This document shows positions 25,959 through 34,327 of a DNA stretch of 35,472 bases, in pieces; the first letter of the stretch is position 1; each line of letters starts with the position of its first letter. Source of the stretch: a virus; IMG/VR virus record IMGVR_UViG_3300028008_000050. One strand, 5' to 3'. The notes under the pieces are model-generated. The model worked only from the letters and a program-made list of their open reading frames with translations, was not told where the DNA came from and made no database searches. The translations under genes were made by a program, and so were the position numbers.

Positions 25959-27032
25959 ATGAAAAAAGTAACGATGGTGTTAGCCGTCTTGTTCGCAACT
26001 CTTGCGACAGGAACCTTGGCTGACGATGCAGGTCTCGAAAGTAGAGTACAGGCCCTTGAAAGTAGTATGCCAAATTTACCAGCTGGACTTTATGTCAATG
26101 GTGAAATTGAGGGTATATATGACGATAAAACTTATGACTCTGGTTGGGACTCACGTGCTGAATTGCAAGTTGGTATTAGCCAAGACTTAGATATTGACAA
26201 GAACATGCTTAACCTTAACTGGGTTGGTGCAACTATGACGTATGATAGTGATTATGCATTAGATAGTACTCTTGACAATACTATTGTTGAAAAGCAATTA
26301 GGTTTTGGTAATGACTTCGCAACAATCTATGTTGGTGAAACTGATGCACAACGCATTGGCTTTGCAAAAACATCAAAGATTGGAGCACCAATTATCATTA
26401 CTGAATCAAGTAGTAGGTTGGATCACAATGAAAAGACTGTTTTAGTATTAGGCGGATTTGAAAAAGAAACTGAATTCGAATTTGATGCGTACAGACTTAA
26501 AAGAGAAAAGCCATGGGGTGTAGTTGTTGGTTACGATAACAACGAAGACTCATTGTATGCAAGTGCAACAGTTAGCTTATTAGGTTTAGCTGATGTATCA
26601 TACATGATCATTGACACAACTGCGGCAGGTTCAGCAAGTTACACAACAGACACTCGTCAAGAAGGATACGCTATTGGCGGAACACTTCGTAGATGGGATA
26701 TCCCAATGCAATGGGGTGTTGAGTTGTGGGACGACAAAGACACAGGTCTTGCAAGTGATGACAGAATTGATATGGGTGTAATGTATAATGTTACTCCAGC
26801 AACTTATGTTACTGCTCATAGAACTATGAATGATGACTTAGGTTACGATGGTAACTATTACGGTGTTGTTCATAACGTGTATGCTAACTATGACGCTGGC
26901 AAACGTGCTGATAAGCAAGATGGATTAGAGATTGGTTTATATCTACACGATAAGAGTGGAACATCAACTATCACTGGTGCAGATTATGCTGATACAACAT
27001 CAATCCTGGGATCTGTGAAATATAAATTCTAA
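25959..27032 (+). CDS. Gram-negative outer-membrane porin-like beta-barrel protein
   Basis: Signal peptide MKKVTMVLAVLFATLATGTLA, short coiled coil (LESRVQALESSM), alternating amphipathic strands, C-terminal ...SILGSVKYKF with terminal Phe. Confidence 0.85.
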   Translation: MKKVTMVLAVLFATLATGTLADDAGLESRVQALESSMPNLPAGLYVNGEIEGIYDDKTYDSGWDSRAELQVGISQDLDIDKNMLNLNWVGATMTYDSDYALDSTLDNTIVEKQLGFGNDFATIYVGETDAQRIGFAKTSKIGAPIIITESSSRLDHNEKTVLVLGGFEKETEFEFDAYRLKREKPWGVVVGYDNNEDSLYASATVSLLGLADVSYMIIDTTAAGSASYTTDTRQEGYAIGGTLRRWDIPMQWGVELWDDKDTGLASDDRIDMGVMYNVTPATYVTAHRTMNDDLGYDGNYYGVVHNVYANYDAGKRADKQDGLEIGLYLHDKSGTSTITGADYADTTSILGSVKYKF

Positions 27033-27101
27033 ACCACATTTAACACGCCTTAAATGCTATGATAGTAAATAAAAGCGTGTTAAACACAATAGGAGATAAT
27101 T

Positions 27102-27281
27102 ATGTCACAACATCACGAAGCGATTAAAGCGGCAATGGAATCATACTTAGCTGAAAGCGAGTCTTTCGAAACTAAGGGTGTTAAAGCGGCCGCGGCAAGA
27201 GCAAGAAAAGCACTAGGTGAACTTGGTAAACTTACTAAGGCAAGACGTGCTGAAATTCAGGAAAAAAAGAACTCAATGTAG
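27102..27281 (+). CDS. Small basic histone-H1-like protein (59 aa)
   Basis: Manual ORF MSQHHEAIKAAMESYLAESESFETKGVKAAAARARKALGELGKLTKARRAEIQEKKNSM*; aggag SD. Confidence 0.75.
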   Translation: MSQHHEAIKAAMESYLAESESFETKGVKAAAARARKALGELGKLTKARRAEIQEKKNSM

Positions 27282-27290
27282 TTTATAATA

Positions 27291-27325
27291 TAGCACGGCC
27301 CCTCAAAAGGCCGTGCTATTTTTTT
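27291..27325 (+). terminator. Rho-independent terminator
   Basis: tagcacggcc-cctcaaaa-ggccgtgcta, 10 bp perfect, then ttttttt. Confidence 0.95.
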
Positions 27326-27334
27326 GGCTTAATT

Positions 27335-27363
27335 TTGACATAAAGCTATAAATACACTATACA
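27335..27363 (+). promoter_or_regulatory. Sigma70-like promoter TTGACA-17-TATACA for the cold-shock gene, with embedded TATAAATA
   Basis: ttgaca 27335-27340, tataca 27358-27363; ctATAAATAc lies inside the spacer. Confidence 0.7.
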
Positions 27364-27409
27364 ACAGTAGCAATAATTAACATTGTTATATTAAGGAAAT
27401 AATAAACTT

Positions 27410-27637
27410 ATGAGCGATAGAATACATGGCATTCTAAAGTGGTTTGATGCGAAAAAAGGTTACGGATTTATTACTCCGTCATCCGGTGGACAAGATGTGT
27501 TTGTACATGTCAGTGCTTTTAACGCCGCACAGATTACAAATATCCAAAACAAGATGCAACTTGAATTTGAAATGGTTGATAACCGTGGACGAATGATAGC
27601 TGGCAACTTGGCAATACCCGACAGTTTTAATAGGTAA
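27410..27637 (+). CDS. Cold-shock domain protein
   Basis: GILKWFDAKKGYGFITPSSGGQDVFVHVSAF contains RNP1 (KGYGFI) and RNP2 (VFVHV). Confidence 0.95.
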   Translation: MSDRIHGILKWFDAKKGYGFITPSSGGQDVFVHVSAFNAAQITNIQNKMQLEFEMVDNRGRMIAGNLAIPDSFNR

Positions 27638-27640
27638 CAA

Positions 27641-27895
27641 TTAACGTAAGGCTTGTTTAGCCTTTAATGCCGCTCTCTTCTTCTCAGCTTCAATTGATTG
27701 TCTTACTTTTCTACCCCAAGGTAATTTAATTGTTTCTGCAATTTCTTTACCTTTCTTACTGATATACTCAACACCAATAAACATATCTTTGAAGTCACTT
27801 TGCACAGCCTTAACTGCTCTTGTTAAACTTAATTGCTCTGTATCTTTTTCATCACCTGCTTCATTCCAAAAATGGAACTTTCTCATTTTAGCCAT
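27641..27895 (-). CDS. Hypothetical small protein
   Basis: MAKMRKFHFWNEAGDEKDTEQLSLTRAVKAVQSDFKDMF...; gaaagg upstream of ATG; isolated minus-strand gene. Confidence 0.6.
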   Translation of the reverse strand: MAKMRKFHFWNEAGDEKDTEQLSLTRAVKAVQSDFKDMFIGVEYISKKGKEIAETIKLPWGRKVRQSIEAEKKRAALKAKQALR

Positions 27896-27934
27896 AACGA
27901 CCTTTCTTTTAGTTTCTACTTATTAAATATAGAC

Positions 27935-28240
27935 ATGAAGTGTACTAAAGGCGACTTAGCCCAAATCATATATTCAGTACGTCCTGAGAATATTGGACGA
28001 ATTGTCAAATGCGTAGATTATATTGGTAAATTCAAACAAGGAGAACAGTTTGAGTTTAGAGGTATGCCCTGCCAATGCCCTGTTACAGATCACTATTGGT
28101 GGATTGAAGCAGAAGACTTATCAAGCCTGTTTGGACCTAGCCCAAGAGCATACATTGCCGACAGTTGGTTAGAGCCTTTAAAGAATCCAAATTCCAAAAC
28201 AAAAGAAAAAGTAGAAAAAGAACTTGACATAGCCGCATAA
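27935..28240 (+). CDS. Hypothetical small protein
   Basis: MKCTKGDLAQIIYSVRPENIGRIVKCVDYIGKFKQGEQFEFRG...; start chosen at the internal Met. Confidence 0.65.
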   Translation: MKCTKGDLAQIIYSVRPENIGRIVKCVDYIGKFKQGEQFEFRGMPCQCPVTDHYWWIEAEDLSSLFGPSPRAYIADSWLEPLKNPNSKTKEKVEKELDIAA

Positions 28241-28252
28241 TGAGTGTATAAA
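28224..28252 (+). promoter_or_regulatory. Sigma70-like promoter for the tmRNA gene TTGACA-17-TATAAA
   Basis: ttgaca 28224-28229, 17 nt, tataaa 28247-28252, just upstream of the acceptor piece. Confidence 0.8.
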
Positions 28253-28264
28253 TATACTCATAAC

Positions 28265-28535
28265 GTTGAAGCAATTCAAACGCTATACAGGACTCGGGGG
28301 CAGTACCCGACGCCTCCACCATAAACACATTAAGCACAGGAGTGTGCTTATGATGGGGGCGAACTAGGATCGACTGGTAGTTAATAGAGTTAGTGGAGTT
28401 ATCCGGATCTAAGCACGGTTATCGCGAAGAAAACTACAGACGCAAACGAAAACTTTGCTCTTGCGGCCTAGTAATTAACTAGGTTACGGGGTTGGCAACT
28501 TACCTGGCAACAGAAAAGTTGCGTTTTTACTATTG
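28265..28535 (+). ncRNA. ssrA: Circularly permuted (two-piece, alphaproteobacterial-type) tmRNA
   Basis: Acceptor piece ...ggactcgggggcagtacccgacgcctccACCA ends at 28321; intervening segment 28322-28354; coding piece begins gggggcgaactaggatcgac at 28355. Acceptor stem gggggcg/cgcctcc pairs with one G-U. Tag frame gca aac gaa aac ttt gct ctt gcg gcc tag (28442-28471). Outer ends approximate. Confidence 0.9.
28495..28528 (+). terminator. Terminator-like hairpin at the end of the tmRNA gene
   Basis: gcaactt...aagttgc followed by gttttta. Confidence 0.5.
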
Positions 28536-28543
28536 GGGGCAAT

Positions 28544-28732
28544 GTGAAAGAACCTGGGCAAACAACACAAGATGCTATTAAAGATCTAAAGATGGTTATA
28601 ATGTCTTTAGGAATAACATTTTCAGTACTAATGTTCTTTGAGCCAGAAGACCCAGAGACAGTAGGTTTCTTAGTTGGCCTTCCTAGCTACATAATACTTC
28701 GTTGGTTACAGTTAGAAAATATTGGCTTATAG
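28544..28732 (+). CDS. Small membrane protein, hypothetical
   Basis: GTG start; MKEPGQTTQDAIKDLKMVIMSLGITFSVLMFFEPEDPETVGFLVGLPSYIILRW... Confidence 0.5.
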   Translation: MKEPGQTTQDAIKDLKMVIMSLGITFSVLMFFEPEDPETVGFLVGLPSYIILRWLQLENIGL

Positions 28733-28799
28733 ACACAGCCTATTAGACTTAGGCATTTTTCTGTGTTATAATAATTTAAATATAGCATAAGGAGAAAAC

Positions 28800-29855
28800 A
28801 TGCCACCACGTAATCATAAGAGTTGGTTAGCACAACCAAACGTAGAATCAATCAGCAGTTCAGCATATAACGATCCAGAAATATTTGCACAAGAGCAAGA
28901 ACGTATCTTTAGTAAAGTATGGGTACCTATGTGCCACATCTCTGAGATGTATAACAAACTAGACTACCGAACAACACAGATAGCAGGTGTTAATGTTATT
29001 GCATACAACACAGGCGATGGTGTTCGAGCATATCGTAACTATGGCAGTTGGGCACCTAGTGGCACACTAGGAGCACCTATTGTAACTGTTGAACCACAGT
29101 TGCATTGTGAAGTAAAGCACGGAGGCATGGTATGGGTAACACTTGATCCTAATCCAACGCAGAGTGTTGAGGAATGGACAGCAGGTGCATTTGATTGTAT
29201 TGCTGATGCTATTGACACAGAAGAAATGGAAGTGTTTCATTATCACAAAGCAATTATAAATACCAATTATAAGTTATGGCATGATACCAATAGTGAATTC
29301 TATCACGACTTCATGCACTACTTCAATAGAGTAAGTGGGTTCAATGATGAGTACTTCGCACGTAAGAATATACCTTTTGATAATGGGCATGTTAATGTGT
29401 CTAGTTTTACTGTCAACTATGAGGAGTACGAAGGCTTTGAAGATAGAGGAGAATTATCATTCCCAAACTTGCCACCCAATCAATGGTACATGGTTGATCT
29501 GTTCCCTGGATTCAACTTCAACCTTCGAGGCTCCGCCTACCGTAGTGATTCAGTTACTCCCCTAAGTTGTAACAAAGTTCTTATTGAGTTTAGAGGTTAT
29601 GGACTGCGTAAGGATACACCTGAAGAAAGACTAACACGTATCAAACATCACAACAGCATATGGGGACCGTTCGGACGTAACCTACATGAAGACCTAATTG
29701 GTGTAGCAGGACAAGGTACTACAATGCGTGAAGGTACAGAAGCACGTAACATATTACATGGTAGACATGAAAATGGAACTATACATGATGAAGTAGGTAT
29801 GCGTCATTACTATTCAGAATGGGGCAAGTATTTGGATGTTGACCCGTATCAGTAA
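28800..29855 (+). CDS. Ring-hydroxylating oxygenase alpha-subunit homologue lacking Rieske ligands
   Basis: IFSKVWVPMCHISEMYNKLDYRTTQIAGVNVIAY plus NYKLWHDTNSEFYHDFMHYF and NLHEDLIGVAGQGT match RHO alpha N-terminal and catalytic features; no CxH...CxxH Rieske motif. Confidence 0.78.
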   Translation: MPPRNHKSWLAQPNVESISSSAYNDPEIFAQEQERIFSKVWVPMCHISEMYNKLDYRTTQIAGVNVIAYNTGDGVRAYRNYGSWAPSGTLGAPIVTVEPQLHCEVKHGGMVWVTLDPNPTQSVEEWTAGAFDCIADAIDTEEMEVFHYHKAIINTNYKLWHDTNSEFYHDFMHYFNRVSGFNDEYFARKNIPFDNGHVNVSSFTVNYEEYEGFEDRGELSFPNLPPNQWYMVDLFPGFNFNLRGSAYRSDSVTPLSCNKVLIEFRGYGLRKDTPEERLTRIKHHNSIWGPFGRNLHEDLIGVAGQGTTMREGTEARNILHGRHENGTIHDEVGMRHYYSEWGKYLDVDPYQ

Positions 29856-29871
29856 ATTGGTAAACTAACTC

Positions 29872-29900
29872 TTGACATAATGTTAACTCTGCGTTACAAT
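29872..29900 (+). promoter_or_regulatory. Sigma70-like promoter TTGACA-17-TACAAT
   Basis: Perfect -35 and 17-nt spacer upstream of the 29935 gene. Confidence 0.75.
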
Positions 29901-29934
29901 AATAGTATTAAAGTAAAGTAGAGGTAACATTATT

Positions 29935-30387
29935 ATGACTATGAGTTTGGTACGTGGAATGACTTCCCTTAATACTAAGAAACGTAAAGCTACCAAGATG
30001 ACTAAAGGCAGACTCGAACGTCTTGTCAAAGAGCATCGTGAACATAATAAGTCTATGAAACGTATTCATGCACACAGTAATATAATGACATTTGATGAAT
30101 ATGTTGAATACGTAAGTGGTAACTTTAAACCCAAAACAAAAACATCTACTAAGGCATGGACTTGGGAAGGTCCAAAAGTACGTGAAACAGAATACATTCC
30201 TAGTCGTGTTACTAAGGATAGTTTCGCTCCAGCAACCAAAAAAGAATCTATGCAATACACAGGTGAACGTAAACTTGTAGGTATTGCTATGATGCATAAA
30301 AGTAACTTGGTTCCTGTGTTTGCAGACGACGATGACAAAACAGGATCAAAACAAGCAACTGAAATCGCACAGATGAGGAGAAATTAA
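29935..30387 (+). CDS. Hypothetical phage protein, basic
   Basis: Complete ORF MTMSLVRGMTSLNTKKRKATKMTKGRLERLVKEHREHNKSM... Confidence 0.75.
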   Translation: MTMSLVRGMTSLNTKKRKATKMTKGRLERLVKEHREHNKSMKRIHAHSNIMTFDEYVEYVSGNFKPKTKTSTKAWTWEGPKVRETEYIPSRVTKDSFAPATKKESMQYTGERKLVGIAMMHKSNLVPVFADDDDKTGSKQATEIAQMRRN

Positions 30388-30495
30388 AATGGTTGAATTT
30401 ATTGGTTTTGCACTTGTAGTTCGATTATTGAACGCACAGGATTTACTAATGATTTGTGTGGCAAATTGTGGTTAAACATTTTGGTAAACAAAAGG

Positions 30496-30524
30496 TTGAC
30501 CATTTGAATTAATGGTGCTATAGT
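30496..30524 (+). promoter_or_regulatory. Sigma70-like promoter TTGACC-17-TATAGT for the lipoprotein cluster
   Basis: 17-nt spacer; upstream of the 30566 gene. Confidence 0.7.
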
Positions 30525-30565
30525 ATATACATAATTAACAAATAGGCAAAAATAGGAGGCTTATA

Positions 30566-31045
30566 ATGAAGGCAATAATGAAACTAGCAATGGCAGGTAC
30601 CCTAGTATCTATGTTGGGTGCTTGTTCAAGTATGACTACCATTGCTGAAAGAGACACGTATGCACAACCTAAGTGGTATGCATCATGTGCCCAAGCAGGA
30701 ACCGAAGGTTGGTTCTGGTGGAAAGAAGAGTATGCATATGCATGTGGGGCAGGAGAAAGTATTTTCCAACAAGCCGCAGAAGAGCAAATGTATGCTATTG
30801 CAATGAATAACTTTGCAAAACGTATTAATGGTAGAGTGAATAGTGAAACAACTATGAATTTTACAAATGATACTAAAGATACAAACACGTTTATTTCGTA
30901 CAAGGTAAATGATACGGCAATTACACAACACCTTGAAGAAGAACGTTCAACGTTTGTATATGCAGGTAAACAGTATACCTTTGTCAAACTAAGAATGCCA
31001 AAGGCAGTATTCGATTCACTCGTAGCACAATCAAAGAGTCAGTAA
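30566..31045 (+). CDS. Predicted lipoprotein (LPP20-like)
   Basis: Signal peptide plus lipobox MLGAC; aggaggc SD. Confidence 0.75.
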   Translation: MKAIMKLAMAGTLVSMLGACSSMTTIAERDTYAQPKWYASCAQAGTEGWFWWKEEYAYACGAGESIFQQAAEEQMYAIAMNNFAKRINGRVNSETTMNFTNDTKDTNTFISYKVNDTAITQHLEEERSTFVYAGKQYTFVKLRMPKAVFDSLVAQSKSQ

Positions 31046-31046
31046 C

Positions 31047-31382
31047 ATGAGGATACTCCTGTTACTTGGACTAATCCTCGGAGTGTCGGCTTGTAGCACG
31101 ACACCTCCTTTGGGTAAAACTCAGATGCAGTATTGTGAAACAGATCAAATCATTAAAAAATCTAATGATAAAACTGTTAGCAGTGAAACGACACTTACCT
31201 GTTCAGACAGCCCAGTAAAGAAGTTGATTCCTCCTAAAATGGGATTAGGATCTAACTGTAGAGAACACTGGTATTCCGTTAATATTAATGGCAAGATGGT
31301 TGAAAGAAAAGGCTATGCTTGTTTATTCAAAGGAAAAGATTATGAGAGCTCTCGTTGGTATATTGTTGATAGCCCTTACTAG
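31047..31382 (+). CDS. Predicted lipoprotein
   Basis: MRILLLLGLILGVSACSTTPP: signal peptide and lipobox GVSAC. Confidence 0.75.
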   Translation: MRILLLLGLILGVSACSTTPPLGKTQMQYCETDQIIKKSNDKTVSSETTLTCSDSPVKKLIPPKMGLGSNCREHWYSVNINGKMVERKGYACLFKGKDYESSRWYIVDSPY

Positions 31383-31770
31383 TGCATGTAGCACAACTGG
31401 GTCTGACGTAACAACTTCTCAAACTACTAATGCAAGTGTACAGTCAACATATCAGCCTAATAATGGATATGTTAATATATTAGTAAACGTTACTAAATGG
31501 CATTGGTATAGACTTCCAACTGAAGACCGTATGAAACAAGAACGAGCATTGTTCTTTGCACTAGATAACTCTGAAAACGGACAAACAACTAGTTGGTATA
31601 ATAATACTACAGGAACAAATGGTGTAGTACAAATATTATCTACATTCCCACAAGGGTCAGGTTATTGTAGAACTGTAGTGACACGTTTACACTACAAAAG
31701 TAAAGAACGAATCTTCAAAGAAATTGCTTGTAAAGAATCAGGACACCCAGGTTGGCGGTTTCAAACTTAA
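31342..31770 (+). CDS. Predicted lipoprotein
   Basis: MRALVGILLIALTSACSTTGSDV: lipobox LTSAC; start chosen at the internal Met of the 31288 ORF, overlapping the upstream gene. Confidence 0.75.
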   Translation: MRALVGILLIALTSACSTTGSDVTTSQTTNASVQSTYQPNNGYVNILVNVTKWHWYRLPTEDRMKQERALFFALDNSENGQTTSWYNNTTGTNGVVQILSTFPQGSGYCRTVVTRLHYKSKERIFKEIACKESGHPGWRFQT

Positions 31771-31807
31771 ATAGTAACTTAATTAACAATAAAAAGGCAG
31801 GTAAATA

Positions 31808-33793
31808 GTGTATACAAAAGGAAACCATATGTTAATAGGAATACTAACTTTTTTATCTGCTATATCTATATCAGCAGTAGCAATATATTACTCCATAGCA
31901 GGACTAGTGGCTATCTTTGCCGCGGCGGCTATACCTATTATGATTATGGGTGGTGTACTTGAAGTTGGTAAACTTGTTACCGCAGTATGGCTACACAGGT
32001 ATTGGAGTCAAGCAACATGGTGGCTTAAAACTTATTTAAGTATAGCTGTCGTAGTACTCATGTTTATTACAAGTATGGGTATTTTTGGTTTCTTAAGTAA
32101 AGCTCACATCGAACAAACAAGTGCAGGCGAAGAAAGCATTGCAAAAGTAGAACAAATTGAAAATGAGATTGTAAGACTTAATGCAGTTATTGATAGAGCT
32201 GATGATAAAATTGAAGCATTAGAAACTAGTGGTTCAGGTAGTGACGCTAACATACAATCACAGATTGATAAAGAACAAGATCGTATTGACAAAGCATTTG
32301 AACGTATCAAACCTGCTATTGAACAACAGAACAAAATTATTGAAGACGCTAGAGAAACTGACTCAGCACGTACTAAACCTTATGAAGAACAACTTGCAAC
32401 TATTAGTGCAGAAGTCCTTCGTTTAGAAGCTAGTGCAAGAGAGTACGAAGATAAGATTGCATCACTAGAACAAGATACAAGTGCAGTACAACCATTATTA
32501 GATAGTATTGATACTATTGAAGCAGAGATTATTCGTGTTACTAATCAACTACAATCAACAGAACAAAGCGAAGTAAGAGCAGGCCAGGCTATCATTGGTG
32601 TAAGTAGTGATGGACTATTTGGTGGCAACACTCGTTCAGCTCTTGCTAAATGGGTCAAAGCTCAACGTGATAGAATTACACAAATACAAAATGATGTATC
32701 TCAACTACGTGCTGATGCTAAGAAAACTGTTGACATGGAACGTTTCCGTTTAGGCAACGTAATTAAAGATATTAGAGAAAAACAAATACCTGCACTCAAA
32801 GAACGTGAACTTGTAATGCTAGGTAAGATTGACGAAGTACGTCAAACAGAATCTCCTGTTATACAGACAGCAAGAGATGAAATTAATAGACTACGTCAAA
32901 GTGCTGAAGATTCAGTTAAGAACAGTCAAGAACTAATTGAAAGACTACGTTCTCAATTAGCTGACACAAGTAATGCAGATGATATTGATGCACAAGTTGA
33001 AGAACAACTAGCTAAGATTAAAAATGCTGAAACAGAACTAGATACTATTATTGAAGAAAAATATAAACTACAAGGTGAGTATCGTCAGTTAGAAGCAGAA
33101 GTAGGACCTATCAAATACATTGCTGAATTTGTTTATGGCGAAACAGCCGATAACAATATGCTTGAAGAAGCAGTACGTTGGGTTATTATAATTATTATAT
33201 TTGTATTTGATCCATTAGCAGTATTAATGCTTATTGCTTCACAGTATACATTCCATTGGGTAAACAGTGGTAGTACAGGTGGAGGCGGCCGCCCAAAGTC
33301 AGACGAGGACGATCCACAAGACGATCCTGAGTTTGAAGATGTTAGCCCAGAAGAACTAGCAGAAGAAGAACGTAGGGAATACGAACAAGCAAGAGCCCAA
33401 GCTATTGCTGACAATGTTCCACCAGACTTTGAAAAAGAAGAAGAACCAACTAAGAGTGAACATAGTGATCAATTATTATTGTTCCCAGACATTGACCCAG
33501 AACCTGTAGTACCTACAAAAATTGAAACTCCTGAAGTAGTTGCTGACCCAAATCAATTAGAGCTTGACTTTAATAAAAAACCTAGTCAAGAAGAACTTAA
33601 TAACGAGATGATTGAAACGGACGATCTAGATAAATGGAATGACTGGGTAGAGGCCGCTAACAAAGAAGCTGAATTAGAAGTTACCCAACTAGGTGAAGGC
33701 GAACAAGGTACTAGACAAAAGCTACCTCAAAAAAAAACTTCGTACATAACCAAAGTAGAGAACAAACAAGTCAGACTCAAGACTCAAGAATAA
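31808..33793 (+). CDS. Large membrane-anchored coiled-coil protein
   Basis: N-terminal TM bundle, about 350 aa of coiled coil with charged heptads, C-terminal TM VRWVIIIIIFVFDPLAVLMLIASQY and an acidic tail. Start may be the internal Met (MLIGIL...). Confidence 0.8.
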   Translation: MYTKGNHMLIGILTFLSAISISAVAIYYSIAGLVAIFAAAAIPIMIMGGVLEVGKLVTAVWLHRYWSQATWWLKTYLSIAVVVLMFITSMGIFGFLSKAHIEQTSAGEESIAKVEQIENEIVRLNAVIDRADDKIEALETSGSGSDANIQSQIDKEQDRIDKAFERIKPAIEQQNKIIEDARETDSARTKPYEEQLATISAEVLRLEASAREYEDKIASLEQDTSAVQPLLDSIDTIEAEIIRVTNQLQSTEQSEVRAGQAIIGVSSDGLFGGNTRSALAKWVKAQRDRITQIQNDVSQLRADAKKTVDMERFRLGNVIKDIREKQIPALKERELVMLGKIDEVRQTESPVIQTARDEINRLRQSAEDSVKNSQELIERLRSQLADTSNADDIDAQVEEQLAKIKNAETELDTIIEEKYKLQGEYRQLEAEVGPIKYIAEFVYGETADNNMLEEAVRWVIIIIIFVFDPLAVLMLIASQYTFHWVNSGSTGGGGRPKSDEDDPQDDPEFEDVSPEELAEEERREYEQARAQAIADNVPPDFEKEEEPTKSEHSDQLLLFPDIDPEPVVPTKIETPEVVADPNQLELDFNKKPSQEELNNEMIETDDLDKWNDWVEAANKEAELEVTQLGEGEQGTRQKLPQKKTSYITKVENKQVRLKTQE

Positions 33794-33856
33794 GACCTGA
33801 CTTTACTGAAGTAATAGAACCAAACTATAAACAAAATTCAGAACAGAGCCAGAATA

Positions 33857-34327
33857 GTGTTTGGCAAACAATCCACAAGAATAAGTAATATTACTATGTC
33901 TAAGCCAACAGTAAATCTAATTACCTCACCTGACAAGTTATTAAACGATAACCTTAGTTTCTTATTGCTTAATCCGTCTGTTACAGTTAAAGAACAATTT
34001 AACGATATGTTAAAAGAACTTTCAGACGCACCTATCAATTTGTATCTTTCGGAAGACGAGAATGACATTGCTTGGGTACTAGACGTTGCTCAAAGTGTTA
34101 ACTATATTATTATTGATATTGATAACACTAAAGAGTCGCAATGGATAATTGGTCATTTGTTAAGTTTTGATAAAACATATTACTTGACAAACCAGGCAGA
34201 GATGCAGTATAATATACTTAATATCAATAGAGTTTATGATATTAGACAGATAGCAGAAGGAGAAAACTATTTTGTCAAAGTACAGCAACGACAGGCCAAA
34301 GACGGGTCTAAAAGTAGAAGTGCGTAA
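33857..34327 (+). CDS. Hypothetical phage protein
   Basis: Complete ORF; start may be MSKPTVN at an internal Met. Confidence 0.65.
   Translation: MFGKQSTRISNITMSKPTVNLITSPDKLLNDNLSFLLLNPSVTVKEQFNDMLKELSDAPINLYLSEDENDIAWVLDVAQSVNYIIIDIDNTKESQWIIGHLLSFDKTYYLTNQAEMQYNILNINRVYDIRQIAEGENYFVKVQQRQAKDGSKSRSA

Noticed and set aside
30387-30473. 28-aa ORF MVEFIGFALVVRLLNAQDLLMICVANCG
   Set aside because: Too short and without supporting features to call as a gene.
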